From NCBI RefSeq assembly GCF_032444005.1, contig NC_091286.1, forward strand, positions 82,212,001 to 82,276,000: a DNA stretch of 64,000 nt. The letters run 5' to 3'. The DNA is from Ranitomeya imitator (Eukaryota). Numbering within the stretch: the stretch's first letter is position 1; each line of letters begins with the position of its first letter. Of the stretch, positions 35,848 through 48,400 are shown piece after piece. The notes beneath the pieces were generated by a model. The model did no database searches, was not told the origin of the DNA, and worked only from the letters and a program-made list of their open reading frames with translations. The position numbers were made by a program, and so were the translations under genes.

Positions 35848-36904
35848 TTAAGGATGCTTACTACCATCTGCCTATACACCGGTTACACCAGCAGTTTCTT
35901 AGAGTAGCTGTTGTAATAGATGGTCAGGTTTGTCATTTGCAATATAGGGCAATGCCCTTTGGCCTATCTTTGGCTCCGAGGGTCTTCACTAAATTATTGT
36001 TAGAGGTAATGTCTTTTCTGAGGTTAAAGGACACACTAATCATCCCGTATTTAGATGATCTTCTAATAGTGGGTAGAGACTCCCTACAGTGTGAACAGAG
36101 ATTGGAAGAGGTAGCCTTTTCATTGCAATCTCTTGGTTGGATTATTAATTGGGAGAAATCGAGACTCCGGCCTGTTACATGTCAGAAGTTCCTTGGCCTC
36201 CTTTTAGATTCGGTTGATCAAGTATGTTGCCTGCCAGATAGTAAAAAGACCTCCATAATTGATAAAGTGAACTTGGCAATCAATAGGCGTAGTATGACTT
36301 TGAGAAGCGCCATGTCGTTGCTGGGGTCTTTAACTTCTTGTATTCCTGCAGTTGAGTGGGCGCAGTTTCATACCAGGCAGCTGCAGAGATTTATATTACA
36401 GGAGAATATTGAGAATCAGGGTCGTTTAGATCAGATAGTTTTTCTTCCAACAGAAGTGGTACACTCCCTCACATGGTGGTTAGATTGGGGAAATCTGTCA
36501 AAAGGAGTCCTGTGGGTAATCACTCCTTCAAATATAGTTACCACGGATGCTAGTCCTGAAGGTTGGGGAGCACATTTTCGAGATCAGATGGTCCAGGGAC
36601 TCTGGTCCAGATCAGAGTATAGTGATTCTTCTAACGTTAAAGAGTTGAGAGCTGTATATTATTCCCTGCTCCACTTTCTTCCTCAGCTGCGAGGCTCGCA
36701 CACAAGGGTCCTTTCCGACAACACCTCTGCGGTGGCCTATCTAAACCGGCAAGGAGGTACACGGTCAGTCACTCTTATGGAGGTGGCGTCAGACATCATA
36801 AGGCTAGCCGAAGGTCATCTGTTGTCCTTGTCAGCGGTACACATAAGAGGGGTAGACAACTTTCAGGCCGATTTTCTCAGTCGTCATACTCTTCATCAAG
36901 GGGA

Positions 36905-38339
36905 ATGGATGCTCAACAGGAAGATTTTCAAAATGATAACAACTCGATGGGGCATGCCTCAAATAGACTTGTTCTCAACAAGATCCAATCGACAGGTCAG
37001 GATGTTTGCCTCCCTGTGCAGGCTGGACAATCCAGACATATTAGATTCCCTTCAGGTACCATGGACATTCGACCTAGCATACGCATTTCCACCATGGAAT
37101 CTATTGCCCATGGTGATAAGGAAGATAAGAGAGGAAGGGGCAGGAGTTCTGCTAATAGCCCCCTTTTGGCCCAAGAGGCCATGGTTTTCATGGCTCAGAG
37201 CCATGTCAGTGACAGATCCGTGGATTCTGCCTCTGACCGACAACATGCTGTCTCAAGGTCCGTTTTTCCATCCTCAAGTGAAGGGCATGAACTTAACTGC
37301 CTGGAATTTGAAAGGCAATTACTAAGCAGGAGAGGGTTTTCTAGTGGATTGATAGATACCCTTATGAAGAGTAGAAAGCCTTCTACCACCAAAATTTATG
37401 TTAGAGTCTGGAAAAAATTTCTTCAGTTTCACACTACACAAATTTCTTCAGAGGTGCCTATATTTTCAATACTGGAGTTTTTGCAAAAAGGACTAGAATT
37501 GGGACTTTCAGTTAATACTTTGAAAGTTCAGGTCTCAGCGTTAGGAGCCCTCTTCAGTTATATCGCAGGTGATAGATGGATATCCCGTTTTATATCTGCA
37601 TGTGAACGGTCGAAACCAATAAATATTCCACAGATGCCCCAATGGGATCTATCTTTGGTCCTGGATGCATTGACACAAAGCCCGTTTGAGCCTATTCATG
37701 CAGCCTCATTAAAGAACATTTCATTGAAAGCAATATTATTAGTAGCTTTGGTATCAGCTAGAAGAGTGAGTGATCTGCAGACGTTAGCAATCGATCCTCC
37801 ATACCTATCTATAACACCTGATAGAATAGTTTTGAAAACAGATCCATGTTACCTACCTAAGGTGGCCACTAGTTTTCATAGATCCCAGGAGATCCTATTA
37901 CCTACCTTTTTATAAAGACCACTCATCTCCAGAGGAAATAAGACTTCATACCCTAGATGTTAAAAGGACTATTTTAGCCTATTTAGAAAGAACTAGGGAC
38001 TGGAGGAAGAGTAGGGCCCTGTTTGTGTCTTTTCAGGGTAAAACCAAAGGATCCAGAGTCACGAAGGGGACGTTGTCTCGTTGGATCAGAGAAGCCATAG
38101 TCTTGGCCTACAGGACCAAAGCAAGAGATCCTCCAATGCATGTGGGGGCTCATTCTACAAGGGCCGTGTCAACTTCCTGGGCAGAAAGGGCGAACGTGCC
38201 AATAGAGCTCATATGTAAGGCCGCAACTTGGGCTTCACCGGGCACCTTTTATAGGCACTATAGATTAGACCTATCTGCTGCTTCTGATCTAACCTTTGGG
38301 GTTTCGGTTCTTGACTCAGTTAACCCACCCAATCTATAG
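36905..38339 (+). pseudogene. DIRS-C tyrosine recombinase, frameshifted near 37910
   Basis: SARRVSDLQTL, AHSTRAVSTSWA and TFYRHYRLD motifs. Confidence 0.88.
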
Positions 38340-39812
38340 TCTCTGAAAATCTCTCGTGGGTGCTGTCGTGGCGAATAGAAAATACCGGATTACGGGATTA
38401 TGGGACTGCTTTGGGACGTCCCATGGTTCCTGTGTCCCCCAATGAGAGGCGATAATGAAAACAGGATTTTTGGTTGCTTACCGTAAAATCTGTTTCTTGA
38501 AGCCTCCATTGGGGGACACAGCTCCCTCCCAATGTTTTCTGTTGTTATCTGTTCTATGTCAGTTCTCGAGTTACAGTTCTCAAGTTTGTGTTTATGGTTT
38601 TTCAACCTTGTTTCATTATCTCCTACTGCTTTCTCACTAACTGAAGAGTATAATGCCAGTCGGTGGGGTGTACACTGCAGAGGAGGAGCTAACTTTTTTA
38701 TTTGCATAGTGTCAGCCTCCTAGTGGCAGCAGCATACACCCATGGTTCCTGTGTCCCCCAATGGAGGCTTCAAGAAACAGATTTTACGGTAAGCAACCAC
38801 AAATCCTGTTTTCATTGGCCACCATGCAGGTAATATTGAGTATGCTCAATATTGTTACGGAAATTGGGTAATTTTTCCATGTTTGTTTCCTTGGTGCAAA
38901 TGGAGGTACCTGTACATCTGCGCTGAGGGCTTCGTGTAAAGGGGGCACAAGAGCTGAGCCCACTCAACACACAGCAGCACACTGGCTGCATTGAACATTC
39001 ACAGTGGCATTTAAATGGAGCTGTTCACAATAACGATAGGGGTAACATGACCGCTGTGGGCCCGATGGAGATCCACATGGCTGCCATCTTGGTACTTCTG
39101 TGAAGCCTAGCCACGGATTGTGCATAGGGACCATCATTTACACTATATTTTGAAATACTGTGGTATTGCAATGTATAGATCAAAGGATTGTAGGTTCAAG
39201 TTTCCTAAAGGGGCTAGAAAAATAAAGTGAGGAAAAAAAAAAATTCTTTGATTTAAAATAAACAAATTAACATCAGATATCATCGGGTCTTTGAGGCTGT
39301 GTGCCCACAATGAGTTTTTGACGCTGCAAATCTCTGTGGTTTCACATTTTTGTAAAAAAAAACACAACTTCTTATTGTTCCGGAAAAGTGGATGTGATTT
39401 ATAGAAATCTCCTGCCCAATGTGCTTCTCTTTTACGCAGCATAAACTGACTTGCAATGCGTGATCCGAATTCACAATGCGTCATCTTCTCTTGCGAGTAC
39501 GCTTAGTTTTATGTGCTGATTTCCCCATAAAATTGCATTAGATGTGGATAAACCGCAGGTAAGAAACAAATCACACGTTTTCCGCTGCGGTAACTGCACT
39601 AAAGACACAGGTAGCCTGGACGTGACTACTGTATATCCATAAAGCCAAATCCCAGGAAGCATAGAAAAAAAGCAGCTTTATTTAAAATCTGGCATATCAA
39701 CAAGAGGCCAATAATGCAAAGTCAAAAAACATAATGAAATAATACAAGCAACATAATCTACTTAATAGGTGCAGAATGATGCCGAAAATCTACAACATCA
39801 AAAAGTCATTAA

Positions 39813-40157
39813 GGCTACGTGCAGACGTTGCGGATTTGGTTGCAGATCCGCTGCGGATTCGTAGCAGTTTTCCATGTGGTTTACAGTACCATGAAAAACC
39901 TATGGAAAACCAAATCCGCTGTGCCCATGCTGCAGAAAATACCGTGCGGAAACGCTGTGGTCTATTTTCCGCAGCATGTCAATTCTTTGTGTGGATTCTG
40001 CAGCGTTTACACCTGCTCCTCAATAGGAATCCTCAGGTGAAATCCGTACAAAAAACACAAAAAATCCGCAGGTAAAATGCAGTGTGTTTTACCTGCAGAT
40101 TTTTCACAAACTGTGCTGAAAAATCCGCACGCGAATCCGCAACGTGGGCACAAGTCC
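39813..40157. mobile_element. Harbinger-type MITE (a related degraded copy begins near 39295)
   Basis: TAA|GGCTACGTGCAGACGTTGCGG...CCGCAACGTGGGCAC; same family as 3114-3510. Confidence 0.7.
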
Positions 40158-41144
40158 AATCTATCAAAATATAAAAGTAATTAACCTATACTGCAAATGC
40201 TAGAAAGTGAGGAAAAAAATAAAATGCTAGAATCAATGTTTTTCGCTGCATCTCTTCTAAAGAAATATAACAAAAAATAATCAGAACCCAAAATGGTATA
40301 AATAAAATCCCCAGCAAACCACGCAAAATATAAGCCCCATATTTGTCTATTGCCAGAAAAATAAGTTATGTATCTCAGAAGATAACCACATTTAACTGAT
40401 CAGCTCTTACCAGTTCTAGAATGTGTTTAACCACTAAAATATATAACACATGGCAATACCATTTTTTTTTTTTTTTAATTGACCTGAAGAATCTTATTGG
40501 CAGGTCATTTTTTGACCTACAAGGAATGCCGTAAAACAAAAAAAAATGGCAAAATTGCATTATTTTTTTCTCTTGGCCAGCTCATGGAATTTGGAATTTT
40601 AATTACAGCTTTTCATATGGTAAAATCAATGGTGCCATTCAAAACTGCAACTTGTTACACAAAATATAAATTCCTATATTGCTTTATCGATTGCAAAATT
40701 TAAAAAAAAATTATCTTTTGTATGAAAAGAGGGGGAAAAAAAAATGAGCGTGAAAAATTGCCTGGTCAACAAGAGGTGAAAGGGAGCTGTGATTTAATTC
40801 CTACGAGCATATTCTCTGTCAGAGTGGTGTCTGTGAAAGAAAAAAAAGACAGCACTCAGACCAATGTTGTTCAGTACGGTGCAAATGATCGTTCTTGTTT
40901 TTCACTTTTTTTTTTCTTTCACGAACCAAATCTGTATATAAACAATTTTCAGCAAGCACAAGTTAATTCCATGTGTCAGATGAGATTCGCCTATGGGTGT
41001 GCAAAATGGAGAAACCATGTAACAACCAAATTTTTATGGATATGTTATAATTCTTAAACATTTTTTAATTCTAACATTCTTTACAATTCTGACACAGCTG
41101 AATTTGTATTTCTTACTGACCTTTTCTGCCATTTGAATCTGCAG

Positions 41145-41300
41145 ACTGCAAGAAGTAGTTCCTGGCATGCAAGATACACAGTTTTAACCTATACTCAGAC
41201 AATGGTCTTCTACAATCTCTTTATGTTCCTTAATAATGAAGAAACTGTACAGAGCATCAGATGGCTGGTTCTGCAGCTGATGGCGGATGAGCAACTAGAG
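41145..41300 (+). CDS. PSME4: PSME4 coding exon
   Basis: [52 protein letters not shown]; cag| acceptor and |gtaact donor; 156 nt. Confidence 0.97.
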
Positions 41301-41384
41301 GTAACTAAAATGGCATTAAATTCCTCCAATCTAAAAAAGGAGAGAATTCTTATGTGTGTGTAATAATATAAAGGTATTCATACC

Positions 41385-42430
41385 TCGTGAACCTTTCTAC
41401 ATTTTTCATGTTACACCCACAAGCGTAAAAGTATTTTATTGGGGGTTTATGTGATATATCAACACAAGTATTTATGAAGTGTAAAGGAAATGATACATGG
41501 TTTTCCAATTATTTTAAAACTATAAATCTGAAAATTGTGACTTGCCTTTGTATTCTTCCTCCTTTAGCCTCATACCCCTAACTATAATCCCGAGTGATCA
41601 GTTGCCTCCAGAAGTCACATAATTAGTAAATTGAGCCCACATGTGTAATTTATTCTCTGTATAACTACAGCTGTTCTGCGAAGGCCTAAGAAGTTTGTTT
41701 GAGAACATTGGTGATCAAACAGCATCATGGACACAAAGGAACACAACAGGCAGGTCAGGGATAAAGTTGTGGAGAAGAGAAAAATAGGGATAGGTTATTA
41801 AAAAATAAAAACTAAATGTATCCCATCATCATGTTCAAGTCATCATCGAAAAATGGAAGTAGTATGGCACTACTGCAAACCTACCAAGATATAGTCATTC
41901 ACTTCAGCTGACATCCTAAGCAAGGCGAGCACGAATTAGAGAAGCAGCCAAGATGCCCATGGTCATTTTGGAGGAGCTGCAGAGATCCACGGCATCAGCA
42001 TCATGCTGTCGGGATGCTTTTCTTCACCAATGATAGGGAAGCTCGTCAGAGTTGATGGGAAGATGGAAGGAGCTAAATGCAGGGCACTCCTGGAGCAAAA
42101 CCTGTTAGAGGCAGCAAAAGACTTGAGATTGGGTTGTAGATTCACCTTCCAGCAGGACATTGACTCTAAACATACTGCCAGAGCTACAATGTAATGGATT
42201 AGATCAAAGCATATTCATGTGTGCGAAAGGCCCAGTCACGGTCCAGACAGAAATCGCATAGCGAATGGGCACAACTGTTCAGCCTCTTGATGTGTAAAGC
42301 TGGTAGAGACATACCGGATATATCCATGTATCCTTTACACTTCACAATTAATTGCTACTTTGTGCTGAGATATCACACAAAACCCAAATAAAAAGCAATT
42401 AAGTTTGTGGGTGTAACATGAAAAAATGTT
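41385..42430 (+). mobile_element. Degenerate Tc1 (DD34E-like) relic
   Basis: Inverted ends TTCATGTTACACCCACAA / TTGTGGGTGTAACATGAA; fragments GKLVRVDGKMEGAK...FTFQQDIDSKHTARAT; stops and a large deletion. Confidence 0.8.
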
Positions 42431-43031
42431 TCCAGGAAAAAAACGAGTGTCATGAAGGCTGATTCCCTTCCCCATCTAAGAATAGCAAAGAAATGTGCCC
42501 CCCCCCCCGCAGATGAACTGTAAAATCAATAGAATATTGTTATGTAATGGCAGAGCAGAGTGTAGAGACAATGGACCGTGGTGGAGTCCAGATTCCCATT
42601 CGGCATCAGAGTATGTTAGAGGCAGAGATTTGTCCCAGAGACGTATATATATTTTTATGTGTGTGAGATCAGGCAGGAATTCTCTGCAGCCGCTCTAGTC
42701 ATCAGCCATTTATAGATGCAAAGAGCATGGGGGACAAAAATAGAAAACACGGAGTGAATGGAGATCCCTCGTCTCTGTCTGTGCTGCCCAAGCGCTGCTC
42801 TGGGACCGGAGCTCCATACTATGCACTCGCATGGTTTGCTGCAATGCAGCTTTTCCGCTTCTCCCCCAGTCAGTGGTGACACTGTTCAGTGAAAAGGCTT
42901 TGGGCGCCTTCTTCTTAACTTTTTCCTCTTCCCCCATGACAGCACACCTGAGAGGGGGGATCTGCCCAGCGGGGAGAGTTTGGTAAGAGGGAGGCCAATT
43001 AGTAGAGAGTTACAATAGTTCAGACGAGAAT

Positions 43032-43156
43032 CATACAATTATTAGGTTCTGTAGAAGGACGTAGATCTGGGGATTTATTATGATGGAATATAGGCTGAAC
43101 TGGATGGACAAATGTCTTTTTTCGGCCTTACTAACTATGTTACTATGTTACTATGT
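43032..43156 (+). mobile_element. 5'-truncated CR1 3' end inserted in L2
   Basis: Nearly identical to 61711-61836; (ACTATGTT)n tail; possible AAT TSD. Confidence 0.88.
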
Positions 43157-43450
43157 AATGAATAAGTGAAACGGTAAAAGTTTTTGCAGAGTCTAAAGTA
43201 AGAAAAGGGCGAATTCTAGAAATGTTTTTGAGATGCAGATAAGAGCGAGCCAGTGATCGGATGTGGGGGGTGAATGAAAGGTCAGAATCAAGGATGACCC
43301 CAAGGCAGCGGGCATGTTGCTTTGGAGTAATGGTGGAACCGCACACGGAGATGGCAATGTCAGGCAAAGGTAGGTTAGTAGAGGGAGAAAAAACAAAGTG
43401 TTCAGTTTTTGACAGGTTCAGTTTCAGATAGAGGGAGGACATGATGTTAA

Positions 43451-43862
43451 AGGGAACCTGTCACCCCGTTTTTTGAGATTGAGCTATAAATACTGATAAA
43501 TAGGGCCTGCGCTGTGTGTTACTATTGTGTATGTAGTGTACCCCGATTCCCCACCTATGCTGAGAAATAACTTACCAAAGTCGCCGTTTTCGCCTGTCAA
43601 TCAGGCTGGTCAGGTCCGGAGGGCGTGTTCACAGCGCTGGTTCTTCCTCAGCTTTACGTTGGTGGCGTAGTGGCGTAGTGGTGAACAAGCAGCGCGCGAT
43701 CTGCGCTGTCATCCCTTTCGTCGGTGGGGGCGGCCATCTTCCTGGGGCCGCGCGTGCGCAGATCGAGTGCTCTGCTGCACGGGGCTTCAGGAAAATGGCC
43801 GCGGGATGCCGCGCGTGCGCATTAGAAATCGCGGCGGCCATTTTCCCAAAGCCGAGTTTGCG
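43451..43862. mobile_element. Single arm of the T2/Kolobok foldback MITE
   Basis: TTAA|AGGGAACCTGTCA start; ends at CCGAGTTTGC, which is the loop of the palindrome at 33578-34452. Confidence 0.88.
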
Positions 43863-45417
43863 GCAGGTCGGCGTGATAACAGGAGAAGAGGTGTATAATT
43901 GGGTGTCGTCAGCCTAGAGATGGTACTGGAACCCAAATCTACTGATTGTTTGTCCAATGGGGGCAGTATACAAAGAGAAGAGGAAGGGGCCTAGGACTGA
44001 TCTTTGAGGAACCCCAACAGTAAGGGGAAGGTGAGATGAGGAGAAAACAGCAAAACATACAGTGAAGGATCGGCCAGAGAGATGGGAGGAGAACCAGGAG
44101 GGAACGGTGTCCTTGAGGCCGATGGCCTCAAGGATAACTTTGCATTCTGCCATTCCTGTGTTACTATGATTAATTACAGCTTGGTGTTACCAATAGGGGG
44201 TGTCCCTGTAGCCCCACACGCTGTCCAATTATTGCTGCAGTGCCGGGCTGCACGGGACCCACCCTCCTGACAAGTAAAAAGGTAACACCTCATTGTCCAT
44301 TTACTCATAACTTTCCAGGATGATGTACAGTGCAGCGCTCAATGACCAGATGCTCCACAATTGAGCTCTCCAACCCTTAGTAGGTTTTTGGTTGTCCCCT
44401 GATGCTCTTCCAATACCCACTGCAGATTATATGACCACAAGCCGTGTACACTTAGTGTTAATGTGAGCACATGTAGCCCCCTGACAGCATGGCTGACCCA
44501 TTTCTGCCTTATCAGAGAATAATTTGAATGTACAAAAACTGAAGCGGTGTCCAGGGAGCGTCGAGAGACAAATGTCAAGCTCCCCAATGAGTGTGTTCAT
44601 TTTACAGCCGAGCCTCCACTTATTCCATCCATGTCTCCTTTATTAGCACGGCTCCCGAGAGGGGCCGGCAAATTGTCAGTAGAATTTCCAACATACTTTT
44701 TCACTTCGTACGTTAGACAATTCTTAATCAATTTGATCACATTTTAATAATGTACGATGGACGTGCAAATGAGCTTATTGTCAGGCCGCTCTATTTAATT
44801 AGAACAGCACTTGCCGTTACACTTACTGATTTGTGCGGCTCCAGAACATTATGTTCAAGGAGATAATTTGCGATAATCTGGCACATTTCATGCGAAGCGC
44901 CGCTCCTTGCTTTGTTCACTAAGCAGATGAACTTTTTTGTTTACATTTTACCATGTAACAATATGTACTTATTAGTAATTGTGATCTGATGATTAATAGC
45001 GATGCACTTAACCTATTCATTGCCGTGAAGGTGCACCACCAAGGCTTTATATAGCCCAAGCCGCATTACATGACTCAGTCTGTCAATGAACCTTCTGGAT
45101 GGGGATCACTTTTTTTCTTCATCATTTTCAAGTTGAAATTCTTTTATTTTACTAGCCGTTTTTAACCTTGATATGCTTTGATATAATATTATCTAGAAAA
45201 TGTCATTACTAGTTGACTGCAGAAGCTTCTCCTATGACAGTAAAGCTGCCAGCTTCAATCCATGGCTATTAATGATCAGTCGCGTTATTCTGTTATGTAT
45301 GTCTAAGGTGTATGTATACTGTATATGTGTGTGCATACTATGTGTATGAAGCGAATATAGATCTAGACTATCTATAATAGATACAAGGTTTATAAATATA
45401 GAATATATTATAATATA

Positions 45418-48400
45418 TTTCTCCATCGCCACATTGGGGTGCACAGAACCATGGGTGTTATGCTGCTGTCACTAAAAGGCTGACACTAAGTTGAGACAAA
45501 AAAAGTTAGCTCCTCCCCTGCAGTATACACCCTCATGCTGGCTTCCAGAGACCCAGTTCAAGCTTAGTGTCCGTAGGAGGCACACTGGATTTAAACCTTT
45601 CTATTCCGGACGAAGGGGGCGACGGATTCTTTCATGTTCCGATCTCCCCCGAACCAACAACAGGCGAGCACGGGAGTTTCACCTCTCCGTATCCTCTCCT
45701 GTGACGTGGGAAGCCACTGCCTGAGCTGACCCTTTTGGGCGACGGGCCCCTTTCATGGGCACCGATCTCCCCCCTACGTACAGACAAGCACTGGTGTGTT
45801 ACCTCCAGTATCCTCTTCTGCAGCCAGGCCTTTATTGCCGGACATCTGCCCTGCCCACCAGGTTTCACCCTCGGCTGTACAGAGGCACTCTTCCACTGTG
45901 GCGTCCATGCAGCCCCCACTGCATCACCACTGAAAAAGAGCGGATGATGGAAGGAGGCGGACGGTTCCTCTCCACCCCCCTTTTCTTGGAGATGGTGGAT
46001 GGAGGCTCCCCCAACCCTGCACCGTCCTATTTTCCCAGGGCACTTTAATGGGGTAAGTGTAGCAGCGCACGCTTCTGCCGCTGTTTATTCTTAAGGGTCG
46101 ACTTTTTTCTAGGGGCGGTCGCTTTTCTTGGGGGCTCCTTAGGGCAGGGATCCTTACCCTAGCACCGCGACCCTTTTCCCCGCGGTCCGTGGGTGTGCGC
46201 CGGCCGAGGCCGGAAATTTAGTCCCCGGCTTCAGCCTTCTCCTAGGCTGCACTCCGGTAGGCTCCGCCCACTCCACGCATCACTCCTACAGCCCCGCCCA
46301 CGCTTCTGGCGCTTCTCACTCCCTGCGAGACTACACTTCTGGGTCTCGGCAGCCATCTTCCCCCTGTAGCACGCAGCGCCGGCTGGTCTCTTCTTCACTC
46401 CACGGAGGATCTGTCTTCTCCACTCAATTGCGGGGCACAGGACCGGGTAAGGAGACTATCTGCTTCATTGCAGCGCTACCCCTCAGCTTCCTTATAGCAG
46501 CTCTGCGCATTACATTGGGGTACAACATGTCCCAGTCAAGGGGTAAAAAGGTCACTAAGGTTCATGCCACCTTTTTCTCTGCTTGTACCACCTGCCAGGC
46601 TCCTCTTCCCAGGCCTCAGAGCTCCCCGTTCTGCCCAGCCTGTGATGCCCAATGTGCCCAGGAGCCCTCCGCCGCTACCGACCCCAGTGCTCCTAGCCCC
46701 CCTGAGTGGGCCACGTCACTGTCACAATCCGTGGCTTCGCTAGCTAAGGCGATTGAATCCCTTCATGACCCCTTTGGGGAGCAGGGTGTTCGTTTTCCCG
46801 GGTTAAGAGACTCCTCTGCTACAGGGGAATCGTCGGCCAGCAGGGGCCGCTCTCACCCACAGGAGGTTCGGACTTCCACAAAACAGATCCGCACTACCTC
46901 CCCGGATCATTCTCCACGCCATTCAGCCTCCAATAGCTCCACTTCTCGCTCACCCTCCCCAAGGGCTAGAAGCGATCACGACTGAGTATGAGTCTGAGGT
47001 GTCCATGGACCCGGATCCCCGGAGTTCCGTTCAACTGTTGACTCCCTCATTGAGGCTGTCAATCATGCGCTAAAAGTTTAATGATGATCCTAATTCAGCT
47101 CCGGATCAAGCGGTTTCCTTCACTAGAAACAAGCGTCCCATAAGGTGTTCGCCTCCCATCCGGATTTTCTAGAGATAGTTAAGAGGCACAGGGAGCGACC
47201 GGATAAACGCTTTATGGGCAAAAAGGCTCTTGAATCTAAATATCCTTTTTGCTCAAAGCTGGTTAAGGATTGGACGGAACCACCGCTGGTGGATCCTCCG
47301 GTGTCGCGTTTTGGCTACCAAAACGCTGTTATCAGTACCTGACGGAACATCAATTAAAAGTCCCACAGAGCGCCAGTTGGATTCCTTGGCGCGATCAGTG
47401 TATGAAGCCTTAGGTTCCTCCCTATCCCCTTCCTTCGCTGCAGCATGGGTCGCCAAAGCTATGGTTTCCTGGGCAGATACTCTGGCACATTCCTTTCAGG
47501 ACCACACTCTTCCGGCTGAAGCGGCGGACCTCGCCAAACAAATTGCTATGGCAGCAGATTATGTGATGTACGCATCCTTAGACGCAGCAGACTGTGCAGC
47601 AACAGTGGCTTCAAACGCCGTCACCATTAGGAGAGCTATCTGGCTTAGAGAGTGGCGGGCGGATTCCTCCTCAAAAAAGTCTCTGATTTCTCTCCCCTTT
47701 CAGGGCGGACGCCTATTTGGAGAAAAATTGGACCAACTTATTTCTGATGCTACAGGGGGAAAGGTGAAGTTCCTCCCTCAACACAGACCAAAAGCTGCTT
47801 TTCAGCGCCAACAGTATTTTCGTTTTCGCCCCTTTCGAGGTGGCCCTTTCTGGTCCAACTCCACTGCATCGTCTAGATCAGAACGATCTACACGCTCAGA
47901 CAAGGACTCTCGGCCTTCTTACAAGCTGAATCAGTCCTGGAGGGGAAGACCTAGACAACCCAGAACCAGAGGTTCAAGATCTGCCAGATTTCCTTCACAA
48001 TGACTCTGGGGGTATTCCAGTCGACACCACCAAGGTAGGCGGACGCCTGCTTTTTCGTCATGTCTGGCTTTCCGTCATTCCCGACGAATGGGTCAGAGAC
48101 CTGGTGTCATCTGGTTTCAAAATAGAATTTTCTGTCTCCCCTCCAGATCGTTTTTTTCCCTCTCGTCTCCCAAATTCAAGAGCTCAATCACGCGCTCTCC
48201 ATTGCACCATCAATTCCCTCCGCCGAAACGGGGTCATCATTCCGGTTCCGGAACACGAGAAGTTCAGAGGTTTCTACTCAAACCTCTTCGTCGTACCAAA
48301 GAAAGACGGGTCTGTGCGCCCTATCTTGGACTTGAAACTCCTAAACAAGCACGTGAAAGTACGACATTTCCGGATGGAGTCCCTTCGGTCGGTCATTTCC

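Larger units (their letters stand above)
33022..37325 (+). pseudogene. DIRS-C ORF2 (RT/RH/MT) interrupted by two TTAA insertions
   Basis: Removing 33578-34456 and 34563-35851 gives one open frame (...RTIFNLRKLN...VLDLKDAY...YLDD...TTDAS...YAFPPW). Confidence 0.9.
31092..38393 (+). mobile_element. DIRS1-type retrotransposon, subfamily C, nested in DIRS-A, right end missing
   Basis: Left end TTTTCTATTCGCCACGACAGCACCCACGAGAG, with its reverse complement (ICR) at 38351-38382; gag, pol and YR remnants; no right ITR. Confidence 0.92.
25309..38812 (+). mobile_element. DIRS1-type retrotransposon, subfamily A, near-intact, carrying a nested DIRS-C
   Basis: The ICR at 38421-38520 is complementary to the left end at 25309 and to the right end at 38755-38810, with copy-specific bases (CTCTC; GAAGCCTCC), so both ends belong to one element. 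Confidence 0.95.
42971..44125 (-). mobile_element. L2-type LINE RT fragment interrupted by CR1 and T2 insertions
   Basis: [45 protein letters not shown] and CLGVILDSDLSF motifs. Confidence 0.85.
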
